Below are positions 1 to 7,612 of a stretch of DNA of 10,474 nt, one piece after another. Origin of the DNA: a virus (lineage: Duplodnaviria > Heunggongvirae > Uroviricota > Caudoviricetes); IMG/VR virus record IMGVR_UViG_2698536570_000004. One strand, 5' to 3'. A model generated the notes under the pieces. The model searched no databases, was not told where the DNA came from, and saw nothing but the letters and a program-made list of their open reading frames with translations. Made by a program: the position numbers and the translations under genes. Numbering within the stretch: the stretch's first letter is position 1; each line of letters starts with the position of its first letter.

Positions 1-711
1 CTGACTGAGCCGCACTTCAGAGATGAAAAACCGTTTGACGCCATCGTATCTAACCCACCGTATTCGGTGAAATGGATTGGCAGCGATGACCCGACGCTGA
101 TTAACGATGAACGTTTTGCCCCGGCTGGCGTTCTGGCCCCCAAATCCAAAGCTGACTTTGCGTTTGTATTACATGCGCTGAACTATCTTTCTGCCAAAGG
201 TCGTGCTGCGATTGTCTGCTTCCCGGGCATTTTTTACCGTGGCGGCGCGGAGCAGAAAATCCGTCAGTATCTGGTTGAAAATAACTATGTCGAAACCGTG
301 ATTTCACTGGCACCGAACCTGTTCTTTGGCACCACCATTGCCGTAAATATTCTGGTGCTGTCTAAACATAAAACGGATACCAAAGTTCAGTTTATTGACG
401 CCAGCGAACTGTTCAAAAAAGAGACTAACAACAACATCCTGACCGATGCCCATATCGAAAAAATTATGCAGGTATTTTCCAGCAAGGAAGATGTTGCTCA
501 TCTGGCGAAATCTGTCACGTTTGAGACCGTTGTCGCGAATGACTATAACCTGTCGGTAAGCAGCTATGTGGAAGCGAAAGATAACCGCGAAATTATCGAT
601 ATCGGTGAGCTGAATGCTGAGCTGAAAACCACGGTCAGCAAAATCGACCAGTTGCGTAAAGATATTGATGCAATTGTGGCTGAAATTGAAGGCTGCGAGG
701 TGCAAAAATGA
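1..711 (+). CDS. hsdM: Type I restriction-modification methyltransferase subunit HsdM, C-terminal part (5' end lies upstream of the window)
   Basis: Frame 1 is open from nt 1 to TGA at 709-711. Translation from nt 1 gives [25 protein letters not shown]..., with the N6-adenine methyltransferase NPPY motif at nt 52-63. The stop overlaps the hsdS start (ATGA at 708-711). The 67..711 ORF in the track is the same frame starting at an internal GTG. Confidence 0.9.
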   Translation: MTEPHFRDEKPFDAIVSNPPYSVKWIGSDDPTLINDERFAPAGVLAPKSKADFAFVLHALNYLSAKGRAAIVCFPGIFYRGGAEQKIRQYLVENNYVETVISLAPNLFFGTTIAVNILVLSKHKTDTKVQFIDASELFKKETNNNILTDAHIEKIMQVFSSKEDVAHLAKSVTFETVVANDYNLSVSSYVEAKDNREIIDIGELNAELKTTVSKIDQLRKDIDAIVAEIEGCEVQK

Positions 712-1964
712 GCGAGTTAAGTTATCTGGAAAAATTGCTGGATGGGGTTGAGGTTGAGTGGAAACCCTTGAAGGATGTTTGTGATTTTAAAAATGGATTT
801 GCATTTAAAAGCAGCTTATTTAAAGAAACTGGGTTACCGATAGTCAGAATCACAAATATAGATGGATTTAATGTTGACTTAGATGAGGTGAAATACTTTT
901 CACTAAATGATTACAAGGAAGATTTATCCTCCTTTGAGGTATCTATGGGAAATATATTGATTGCAATGTCAGGTGCCACTACAGGAAAGGTAGGAATTTA
1001 TAAAAAAGGAACAAAATGTTATCTTAACCAACGGGTTGGGAAATTCATACCCAAAGAAAATATTCTAAACAATAATTATTTATACCATTTTTTATTGTTA
1101 AATACAGAGACTATTTATATCCTCGCCGGGGGCGGAGCACAACCGAACCTAAGCTCAAATGCATTGATGTCAAAACTACTCATCCCAATCCCTTGCCCGG
1201 ATAATCCGGAAAAATCCCTTGCCATCCAGTCTGAAATCGTTCGGATTCTGGATAAATTTACTGCACTTACCGCTGAGCTTACCGCTGAGCTTAACATGCG
1301 TAAAAAACAGTACAACTACTATCGCGACCAATTGCTGAGTTTTGATGAGGGTGAGGTTGAGTGGAAGGCATTGGGAGAAGTAGCCAAAATACAACGAGGG
1401 GCATCCCCCAGACCAATTGTTAATTATCTTACTGAACAAGGAAATGGTATCCCATGGATTAAAATCGGAGATACTATACCCGGCTCTAAATACATTGACA
1501 AAACCTTACAAAAAATAACTGCAGAGGGTGCCCAAAAATCGCGAATCTTGAACCCCGGTGATTTCGTCATTTCTAACTCTATGAGCTTTGGCAGACCATA
1601 TATTTTAAGGATAACCGGAGCTATCCATGATGGATGGGCATCAATCAGCAATTTTGGTGAAAAATTAAATGCTGATTATCTGTATCACTATCTTTCATCA
1701 AAAAAGGTGAAAAATTATTGGGAAAGTAAAATCAATAGCGGGTCGGTCAGTAACTTGAATGCAGATATTATAAAAACATTACCAGTGCCATTGCCTGATA
1801 AACAGAAACAAGAGCGAATATCTGCTCTGCTCGATAAATTCGACACCCTGACCAACTCCATCACCGAAGGTCTTCCGCGTGAAATCGAGTTGCGCCAGAA
1901 ACAATACGAGTACTATCGTGATTTACTGTTCAGTTTCCCAACACCTGAAACTGTCAGTAATTAA
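708..1964 (+). CDS. hsdS: Type I restriction-modification specificity subunit HsdS (418 aa), type IC-like
   Basis: ATG at 708 overlaps the hsdM stop. The protein has the HsdS architecture: two variable target-recognition domains separated by a conserved central region (...[33 protein letters not shown]) and a matching C-terminal conserved region (...[36 protein letters not shown]). The tandem TAEL repeat is the signature of the EcoR124I family as I recall it. Confidence 0.92.
   Translation: MSELSYLEKLLDGVEVEWKPLKDVCDFKNGFAFKSSLFKETGLPIVRITNIDGFNVDLDEVKYFSLNDYKEDLSSFEVSMGNILIAMSGATTGKVGIYKKGTKCYLNQRVGKFIPKENILNNNYLYHFLLLNTETIYILAGGGAQPNLSSNALMSKLLIPIPCPDNPEKSLAIQSEIVRILDKFTALTAELTAELNMRKKQYNYYRDQLLSFDEGEVEWKALGEVAKIQRGASPRPIVNYLTEQGNGIPWIKIGDTIPGSKYIDKTLQKITAEGAQKSRILNPGDFVISNSMSFGRPYILRITGAIHDGWASISNFGEKLNADYLYHYLSSKKVKNYWESKINSGSVSNLNADIIKTLPVPLPDKQKQERISALLDKFDTLTNSITEGLPREIELRQKQYEYYRDLLFSFPTPETVSN
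1266..1293 (+). repeat. Tandem 12-bp repeat CTTACCGCTGAG x2 plus partial third unit (CTTA), encoding LTAELTAEL in the HsdS central conserved region
   Basis: Direct reading: 1266-1277 and 1278-1289 are identical 12-mers in frame with hsdS, and 1290-1293 repeats the first 4 nt. Confidence 0.9.
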
Positions 1965-2085
1965 TTGACCATTGCTACCGACCGGGCCACCTTAACACCC
2001 GGTCTGTATATAGACTATTTTTTACGCGCCGGAAGTCACTCTTAACGCCCTTCCGGCCCTTGCCAGGCGGCACAAAGGATGCGCT
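1965..2085 (+). promoter_or_regulatory. hsdS-hsdR intergenic region: probable hsdR promoter region, two stem-loops and the hsdR ribosome-binding site
   Basis: The 121-bp gap holds stem-loop 1 (GACCGGG 1980-1986 / CCCGGTC 1998-2004) and stem-loop 2 (GCCGGAAG 2028-2035 / CTTCCGGC 2050-2057). Both loops contain CTTAAC. There is a TATATA at 2007-2012, a T-run at 2018-2023, and AAGGAT 6 nt upstream of the ATG at 2086. No clean -35/-10 pair could be fixed by eye. Confidence 0.4.
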
Positions 2086-5000
2086 ATGACTCATCAAACA
2101 CACACCATTGCTGAATCCAATAACTTTATCGTCCTTGATAAGTACATCAAAGCTGAGCAAACAGGCGACAGCTACCAGAGCGAATCGGACCTGGAACGTG
2201 AACTGATTCAGGACCTGCGGAATCAGGGCTATGAATTTATATCCGTAAAATCTCAGTCGGCTATGCTGTCCAATGTTCGGGAACAGCTTCAGAGCCTCAA
2301 TGGTGTGGTGTTTAATGACAGCGAGTGGCGGCGTTTCACGGAGCAGTATCTGGACAACCCGAGCGATGGCATTCTGGATAAGACCCGTAAAATCCATATC
2401 GACTATATTTGCGACTTTATTTTTGATGACGAGCGACTTGAGAACATCTATTTGATAGATAAAAAGAATCTCATGCGCAATAAGGTGCAGATTATCCAGC
2501 AGTTTGAACAGACGGGTTCTCATGCTAACCGTTATGACGTCACGATCCTGGTTAATGGCTTACCACTGGTACAAATCGAACTGAAAAAGCGCGGCGTGGC
2601 GATTCGTGAGGCTTTCAACCAGATACATCGTTACAGTAAAGAGAGTTTTAACAGCGAAAATTCCCTGTTTAAGTATCTGCAACTGTTTGTCATTTCTAAC
2701 GGCACCGATACCCGTTATTTTGCCAACACAACAAAGCGCGATAAAAACAGTTTTGACTTCACCATGAACTGGGCGAAATCAGACAACACGCTGATTAAAG
2801 ACCTCAAAGATTTTACCGCTACCTTTTTCCAGAAACATACTCTGCTTAATGTTCTGGTGAACTACAGCGTTTTTGACAGCAGTCAGACGCTACTGGTGAT
2901 GCGACCGTACCAGATTGCTGCCACCGAGCGCATTCTGTGGAAAATTAAGAGCTCCTTTACAGCGAAGAACTGGTCAAAACCGGAAAGCGGTGGGTATATC
3001 TGGCACACTACCGGTTCTGGTAAAACCCTCACCAGCTTTAAAGCCGCGCGTCTGGCAACAGAGCTGGACTTTATTGATAAAGTCTTCTTCGTGGTCGACA
3101 GGAAAGACCTCGATTACCAGACCATGAAGGAATATCAGCGTTTTTCGCCAGACAGCGTCAACGGCTCGGAAAATACCGCAGGCCTTAAACGAAATCTGGA
3201 TAAGGACGATAACAAAATTATCGTCACTACTATTCAGAAACTCAATAACCTGATGAAAGCAGAAAGCGACCTGCCTGTATATAATCAGCAAGTGGTGTTT
3301 ATATTTGATGAATGCCACCGCAGCCAGTTTGGAGAAGCGCAGAAAAACCTGAAGAAGAAATTCAAACGCTATTATCAGTTTGGTTTTACCGGCACCCCTA
3401 TTTTCCCGGAAAACGCCTTAGGCTCAGAAACAACCGCCAGCGTATTTGGTCGTGAATTGCATTCGTATGTAATTACCGATGCGATTCGTGACGAAAAAGT
3501 GCTCAAATTCAAGGTGGACTACAACGATGTGCGGCCACAGTTTAAGTCTTTAGAGACAGAAACTGACGAGAAAAAACTGAGTGCGGCTGAAAATCAGCAG
3601 GCGTTTCTTCATCCCATGCGTATTCAGGAAATCACGCAATATATTCTGAATAATTTCCGCCAGAAAACCCACCGTACCTTCCCTGGCTCAAAAGGTTTTA
3701 ATGCTATGTTGGCAGTGAGCAGCGTGGATGCTGCAAAAGCCTATTACGCGACGTTTAAACGGTTACAAGAGGAAGCAGCTAATAAATCGGCCACCTATAA
3801 ACCGCTGCATATTGCGACAATCTTCTCCTTTGCTGCCAATGAAGAACAAAATGCCATTGGTGAAATTTCCGATGAAACTTTTGATACCAGCGCAATGGAC
3901 AGCAGTGCTAAAGAGTTTCTTGATGCTGCAATTCGTGAGTATAACAGCTATTTTAAAACTAACTTCAGCACCGACAGTAACGGTTTTCAGAACTACTATC
4001 GTGATTTAGCCCAGCGGGTTAAAAATCAGGATATCGATCTGTTAATTGTCGTGGGGATGTTTTTAACTGGCTTCGATGCTCCAACATTGAACACGCTATT
4101 CGTCGATAAAAACCTGCGTTTTCACGGCTTGATGCAGGCATTTTCCCGCACCAACCGTATTTATGATGCAACTAAAACCTTCGGTAATATCGTCACTTTC
4201 CGGGATCTGGAACGCTCAACTATTGATGCCATAACGCTGTTTGGTGACAAAAATACCAAAAATGTGGTTTTAGAAAAGAGTTATGCAGAGTATATGGAAG
4301 GCTTTACTGATGCTGCCACTGGTGAAGCTAAACGCGGCTTCATGACAGTAGTTTCAGAACTGGAACAACGGTTCCCTGACCCTACCAGTATTGAAAGTGA
4401 AAAAGAGAAGAAAGACTTCGTTAAACTGTTTGGTGAATACCTGCGTACCGAGAACATCCTGCAAAACTATGATGAATTTGCCACGCTGAAAGCCCTGCAA
4501 CAAATCGATCTTAGCGATCCTGTTGCAGTAGAAAAATTCAAAGCAGAACATTATGTGGATGATGAAAAGCTCGCTGAATTGCAAACAATTCGTCTCCCTG
4601 CTGATCGCAAGATTCAGGATTATCGTTCTGCCTATAACGATATTCGCGACTGGCAGCGCCGTGAGAAAGAAGCTGAGAAAAAAGAGAAATCAACCACTGA
4701 CTGGGATGACGTAGTTTTTGAGGTCGATTTGCTGAAGTCTCAGGAAATAAACCTGGATTATATCCTTGGACTGATTTTCGAACACAACAGACAAAATAAA
4801 GGCAAGGGCGAAATGATCGAAGAGGTCAAACGCTTAATTCGTTCAAGCCTAGGGAACCGTGCTAAAGAGGGCCTGGTGGTCGATTTTATTCAGCAAACGA
4901 ACCTGGATGATTTACCGGACAAAGCCAGCATCATTGACGCATTCTTTACGTTTGCTCAACGCGAACAGCAACGTGAAGCAGAAGCATTGATAAAAGAAGA

Positions 5001-5202
5001 AAATCTCAATGAAGATGCAGCAAAACGCTATATTCGCACGTCTTTAAAACGCGAATACGCCACCGAAAATGGCACAGAATTAAACGAAACATTACCAAAA
5101 CTTAGTCCGTTGAATCCGCAATATAAAACGAAAAAACAGGCAGTTTTCCAGAAAATCGTCTCGTTTATTGAGAAGTTTAAAGGCGTAGGCGGAAAAATAT
5201 AG
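2086..5202 (+). CDS. hsdR: Type I restriction enzyme R subunit HsdR (1038 aa), type IC-like
   Basis: A 3117-nt ORF with an RBS. It has an N-terminal PD-(D/E)xK-like nuclease region (...[19 protein letters not shown]...), Walker A TGSGKT (about nt 3010-3027), a DEAH-type motif II as DECH (nt 3307-3318), and a TGTP motif III. Its length and co-linearity with hsdM-hsdS fit the EcoR124I-type HsdR as I recall it. Confidence 0.95.
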   Translation: MTHQTHTIAESNNFIVLDKYIKAEQTGDSYQSESDLERELIQDLRNQGYEFISVKSQSAMLSNVREQLQSLNGVVFNDSEWRRFTEQYLDNPSDGILDKTRKIHIDYICDFIFDDERLENIYLIDKKNLMRNKVQIIQQFEQTGSHANRYDVTILVNGLPLVQIELKKRGVAIREAFNQIHRYSKESFNSENSLFKYLQLFVISNGTDTRYFANTTKRDKNSFDFTMNWAKSDNTLIKDLKDFTATFFQKHTLLNVLVNYSVFDSSQTLLVMRPYQIAATERILWKIKSSFTAKNWSKPESGGYIWHTTGSGKTLTSFKAARLATELDFIDKVFFVVDRKDLDYQTMKEYQRFSPDSVNGSENTAGLKRNLDKDDNKIIVTTIQKLNNLMKAESDLPVYNQQVVFIFDECHRSQFGEAQKNLKKKFKRYYQFGFTGTPIFPENALGSETTASVFGRELHSYVITDAIRDEKVLKFKVDYNDVRPQFKSLETETDEKKLSAAENQQAFLHPMRIQEITQYILNNFRQKTHRTFPGSKGFNAMLAVSSVDAAKAYYATFKRLQEEAANKSATYKPLHIATIFSFAANEEQNAIGEISDETFDTSAMDSSAKEFLDAAIREYNSYFKTNFSTDSNGFQNYYRDLAQRVKNQDIDLLIVVGMFLTGFDAPTLNTLFVDKNLRFHGLMQAFSRTNRIYDATKTFGNIVTFRDLERSTIDAITLFGDKNTKNVVLEKSYAEYMEGFTDAATGEAKRGFMTVVSELEQRFPDPTSIESEKEKKDFVKLFGEYLRTENILQNYDEFATLKALQQIDLSDPVAVEKFKAEHYVDDEKLAELQTIRLPADRKIQDYRSAYNDIRDWQRREKEAEKKEKSTTDWDDVVFEVDLLKSQEINLDYILGLIFEHNRQNKGKGEMIEEVKRLIRSSLGNRAKEGLVVDFIQQTNLDDLPDKASIIDAFFTFAQREQQREAEALIKEENLNEDAAKRYIRTSLKREYATENGTELNETLPKLSPLNPQYKTKKQAVFQKIVSFIEKFKGVGGKI

Positions 5203-5218
5203 CCCAATTCGTATTTTT

Positions 5219-5246
5219 CTTGCGGGTTCTTAATTAAACCCGCAAG
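5219..5246. other. Stem-loop between convergent hsdR and a minus-strand small ORF (10-bp stem CTTGCGGGTT / AACCCGCAAG, loop CTTAATTA); possible non-canonical terminator
   Basis: A perfect 10-bp inverted repeat read directly. No U-run follows on either strand (TTTTT precedes it on +), so its terminator function is uncertain. Confidence 0.3.
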
Positions 5247-5281
5247 AGACCGTGGGGTTCCAAATGGCTAATATACTCCCC

Positions 5282-5368
5282 TTACCCATGCGCGACAATG
5301 CTGCCAAAAGTGATAGAGAACAGCCAGAAATAGATCGCGGCCATAATGATTTTGAATGCCGTGTTCAT
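5282..5368 (-). CDS. Candidate small hydrophobic protein (28 aa, MNTAFKIIMAAIYFWLFSITFGSIVAHG); small membrane peptide or type I toxin-like
   Basis: ATG at 5368 (minus) is preceded by AGGAG with an 8-nt spacer. The 28 codons are strongly hydrophobic and end at TAA (5282-5284). A possible sigma70-like promoter (TTGATA, 17 nt, GAAAAT) lies upstream on the minus strand around 5425-5455. A 41-codon ORF on the opposite strand (5264-5389) overlaps it, so the coding strand is not settled. Confidence 0.3.
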   Translation of the reverse strand: MNTAFKIIMAAIYFWLFSITFGSIVAHG

Positions 5369-5395
5369 ATCTTCAGCTCCTGTGATTGATTTGAT

Positions 5396-5430
5396 ACATG
5401 CCGCGCCCCTTGCGGCATGTTTTTATTTTC
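5396..5430 (+). terminator. Rho-independent terminator-like hairpin on the + strand (stem ACATGCCGC / GCGGCATGT followed by TTTTTATTTTC)
   Basis: A 9-bp GC-rich stem (5396-5404 / 5412-5420) with a 7-nt loop, followed directly by a T-rich run to 5430. On the minus strand the same hairpin would sit in the 5' UTR of the small ORF at 5368. Confidence 0.55.
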
Positions 5431-5456
5431 ACCTTCTCTGCTTTAAATATCAAGAT

Positions 5457-5469
5457 TTATTAGAGCAAT
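5457..5469 (+). repeat. 13-bp motif TTATTAGAGCAAT, copy 1; followed by TATTGCT, making the palindrome AGCAAT-T-ATTGCT (5464-5476)
   Basis: Exact 13-mer shared with 7599-7611 and, as reverse complement, with 7546-7558. It overlaps the stop codon of the minus-strand phosphatase gene. Confidence 0.7.
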
Positions 5470-5975
5470 TATTGCTGATGAAGAAGCGCGTTTTCATACT
5501 CCCTGACCATTAACGTAAGCACGCCGTGACGCCTGAAAACACGCGCCACTTCAATCTTATCTTCCAGCGCGAACGCAATTTTGCTTAGACCAATTTTCTT
5601 AAGGAGATCAATCTTTGCTGGACCGTCATTTCTGTCATCGGTGGCAGGACGCATAGATAGCAAAGGCTCATCCCCGTTTGTTACGTACTTTCGCAGCCAG
5701 GCTCATGTTTTATCCCTTGCGATCTCACAGCGCCCGGTTACAAACCAGACCGTGTAAACGTTATATAACTGGCGCACAATATCAATAACTGGAGTTATGG
5801 GAGTATCAGTGTCACAGGCGAGATTAAACTCGTTCCAGTCCTTTGTTAATGCACCTTTACCTGGTGGCGGAAGCAAATGCAGTCTGTCTTCAGTTGCCTC
5901 TGATATTGTTCCATCAATATCAACTATGACGATATACGGACGTTCATGGTGTGCGTGTTGGTTGAAAATACTCAA
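5469..5975 (-). pseudogene. HAD-superfamily phosphatase resembling phage polynucleotide kinase 3'-phosphatase domains, interrupted by an in-frame TGA
   Basis: TTG start at 5975 preceded by a strong SD (GAGGAGG). The N-terminal part has HAD motif I (IVIVDIDGT) and, from recall of T4 Pnk, a ...CDTD..TGR... segment. The frame hits TGA at 5703-5705 and then continues in the same frame to TAA at 5469-5471, with a DDR-containing C-terminal part. The track shows this as two ORFs (5703..5975 and 5469..5663) in one frame. Confidence 0.55.
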
Positions 5976-5992
5976 ATGCCCTCCTCATTGGA

Positions 5993-6029
5993 CGAAAAAA
6001 ATGCTGGTGGGACGCACTCCACCAGCATT
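5993..6029 (-). terminator. Rho-independent terminator for the minus-strand 420-aa gene (stem AATGCTGGTGG / CCACCAGCATT followed by a U-run on the minus strand)
   Basis: An 11-bp perfect inverted repeat (6000-6010 / 6019-6029) with an 8-nt loop. The A-run at 5995-6000 on + gives a T-run immediately 3' of the hairpin on the minus strand. It lies 20 nt downstream of the stop at 6049-6051. Confidence 0.65.
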
Positions 6030-6048
6030 AAAAGTGACACTGTAACTA

Positions 6049-7311
6049 TCAGCGAACGTAAATAGTACCGCCGTTCTCTTTTTCCCATGCATCGCTACGT
6101 GCATAGCAAACATCGAGAAGTCTTCTTGCCGCAGTTTCTTCTAAACCCAATTCAACAACCAACTGCTCATGACGGCGGGTAACTACATCAAATAGGCTAT
6201 GCAGCCCTTTATTGGCCAGTTCATCAATGAATTCCGGTTCGAACGGTAGCTCTGCATCTGCCAACATAACCTCTTGCGCCCACTCGACACGGCGGACCAG
6301 TTCCGGGCGGCGGCTTTCCATCTCTTTACAGATCATTTCATGGAAGAACTCTACCCAACCTTCCGGCTGGAACTCGCGGAAAATGGCCAACGGCTGGAAG
6401 TTTGGCATCAACCATTCGTTGATACGGATATCAATGGCATAGCCCATGTCACAGCAGAACTGATAAGCAAAGTCCAGCTTAGAAACGATATAAGGACGCT
6501 CGTTATTGAACTCTTTAGGCGATGAGATTCCATAAGCCAGGAGGCGCGGGAAGAATGAGATTTGCCCTAACGTCGGATGGAGTTTGCTTGCAGGAAAACG
6601 GCGCTCAGTAATGCCATACATTTCCTTCTTGAGCATCGCAAATTTAGCATTTTCATTAACCAGCTCGGTAACCTCTGCTTTTTTATTAGCAAATGCCACG
6701 CGCGCCTCGCTTGCATCTTTAATAGCCTTTTTGAGCTGTTGGTTAAGGTCGGCGACCTGCTTACGCAGTTCCTGGCGCTCGCTTTTGGCTTTGTTATAAC
6801 GTTTCTCAAGGTTAAAAGGATCAAGTTTCATGATCTCTTTATATTGAGATTTTAGTGTTGAAATCTGTGAATTCCGCAGCTCAACCATAGCGGTCATTTC
6901 ATTGAGTTTTGTTTCCAACTCAATGCTTATACGTTCGGCATTATCAGCACGCTGGTTGGCGTCATGCGTCGCATCGTCGATGGCATCCTGTTGCTGGCGT
7001 TTCAAATGCTCAATTTGCAGCTGAAGATCTTCAATTTCTTTACCCTTCAGACCGAGATCCAACTGCATATTTTCAGCTGCATCTACCAGGTCGTTATGGC
7101 TATCAGCTTCTGCGTTATAAACATCAATAAGCTGTGCGTGAAGCATCTCAGCTGACTGAACCGCATTATCAAAAAAACGTGCTGTGAGGTCATCACAACT
7201 AACGCGGCGTTGCGCGGCTCGGATGTTCTGAATAATGGCCGGGATACCGGCATTCAGGACGTCAGGGATAGATACATTTTCGATTGATTGGTTTTGTGCT
7301 GAAGTGCTCAT
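6049..7311 (-). CDS. Hypothetical protein (420 aa): N-terminal coiled-coil region of about 230 aa rich in Q/E/K/A, and a C-terminal globular domain of unknown function
   Basis: A long ORF with the ATG at 7311 one nucleotide downstream of the preceding gene's stop, and its own terminator after the stop. No catalytic motif recognised. Confidence 0.75.
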   Translation of the reverse strand: MSTSAQNQSIENVSIPDVLNAGIPAIIQNIRAAQRRVSCDDLTARFFDNAVQSAEMLHAQLIDVYNAEADSHNDLVDAAENMQLDLGLKGKEIEDLQLQIEHLKRQQQDAIDDATHDANQRADNAERISIELETKLNEMTAMVELRNSQISTLKSQYKEIMKLDPFNLEKRYNKAKSERQELRKQVADLNQQLKKAIKDASEARVAFANKKAEVTELVNENAKFAMLKKEMYGITERRFPASKLHPTLGQISFFPRLLAYGISSPKEFNNERPYIVSKLDFAYQFCCDMGYAIDIRINEWLMPNFQPLAIFREFQPEGWVEFFHEMICKEMESRRPELVRRVEWAQEVMLADAELPFEPEFIDELANKGLHSLFDVVTRRHEQLVVELGLEETAARRLLDVCYARSDAWEKENGGTIYVR

Positions 7312-7312
7312 T

Positions 7313-7531
7313 TCAAAGTTCCGTATTAGCTTGTGCTTCGGTCATTTTTCCTAAGTATGAAGGTGGAAGGACTACGCAATTTGTATCCAGTCCCTCACCA
7401 ATGGCAGCCTGTAAAATTCTGGCTAAGGTGAGTCTCTTGTTGCGATACCGGGTGATGACATGCCTGATATCGCCGGACGGTGTAACAAAGGCGATCAGCC
7501 AGTAGTGATATTTCCGTCGGAATGGCCACAT
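7313..7531 (-). CDS. Hypothetical small protein (72 aa)
   Basis: ATG at 7531 preceded by AGGTG with a 4-nt spacer; the stop at 7313-7315 lies 1 nt from the start of the 420-aa gene, suggesting co-translation. No recognised family. Confidence 0.5.
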   Translation of the reverse strand: MWPFRRKYHYWLIAFVTPSGDIRHVITRYRNKRLTLARILQAAIGEGLDTNCVVLPPSYLGKMTEAQANTEL

Positions 7532-7545
7532 AGTGCACCTTATGG

Positions 7546-7558
7546 ATTGCTCTAATAA
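7546..7558 (-). repeat. 13-bp motif, inverted copy (ATTGCTCTAATAA on +, which is TTATTAGAGCAAT on -)
   Basis: Exact reverse complement of the 13-mer at 5457-5469 and 7599-7611. With the 7599-7611 copy it forms a 13-bp inverted repeat flanking a 40-bp spacer. Confidence 0.7.
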
Positions 7559-7583
7559 AAAACGTGATGAGTGTACATCACGT
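7555..7583 (-). terminator. Candidate rho-independent terminator on the minus strand after the 233-aa gene (stem ACGTGATG / CATCACGT, loop AGTGTA, then T-run on the minus strand)
   Basis: An 8-bp perfect inverted repeat (7562-7569 / 7576-7583). The A-run at 7554-7561 on + gives TTTTTTATT directly 3' of the hairpin on the minus strand. Confidence 0.45.
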
Positions 7584-7598
7584 ATTAAAAATATGGAA

Positions 7599-7611
7599 TT
7601 ATTAGAGCAAT
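7599..7611 (+). repeat. 13-bp motif TTATTAGAGCAAT, copy 3
   Basis: Exact direct repeat of 5457-5469. It lies immediately 3' of the stop codon (7613-7615) of the 233-aa minus-strand gene. Confidence 0.7.
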
Positions 7612-7612
7612 A

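Noticed and set aside
304-705. 133-aa minus-strand ORF inside hsdM (and the 70-aa ORF at 101-313)
   Set aside because: Antisense to the hsdM frame that carries the NPPY motif; no independent support.
1965-2085. Possible prrC-like anticodon nuclease gene between hsdS and hsdR, as in EcoprrI
   Set aside because: The gap is only 121 bp and has no ORF, so no anticodon nuclease gene is present at this position.
1975-2523. 182-aa minus-strand ORF overlapping the start of hsdR
   Set aside because: Lies antisense to a strongly supported hsdR coding region and its promoter region, with no RBS or recognisable motifs; treated as a spurious antisense ORF.
2915-4584. Short ORFs on both strands within hsdR (2273-2455, 2915-3127, 2974-3318, 3728-4009, 4354-4584)
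   Set aside because: All fall inside the continuous 1038-codon hsdR frame; typical frame-shadow ORFs.
5219-5246. Calling the 10-bp hairpin after hsdR a canonical intrinsic terminator
   Set aside because: No U-run follows the stem on either strand, so it is reported only as a stem-loop of uncertain function.
5264-5389. 41-codon + strand ORF (MANILPLPMRDNAAKSDREQPEIDRGHNDFECRVHIFSSCD) ending 8 nt before the + strand terminator
   Set aside because: Weak RBS and a non-descript hydrophilic sequence; the overlapping minus-strand hydrophobic ORF has a better SD. It is kept as an alternative rather than called, since the coding strand cannot be decided from sequence alone.
5797-6045. 82-aa + strand ORF overlapping the HAD phosphatase gene and the terminator
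   Set aside because: Antisense to a motif-supported gene and spanning a terminator hairpin; likely spurious.
6212-7155. Multiple + strand ORFs (63-92 aa) inside the 420-aa minus-strand gene
   Set aside because: Antisense frame-shadow ORFs within a long, well-coupled minus-strand gene; no RBS evidence.
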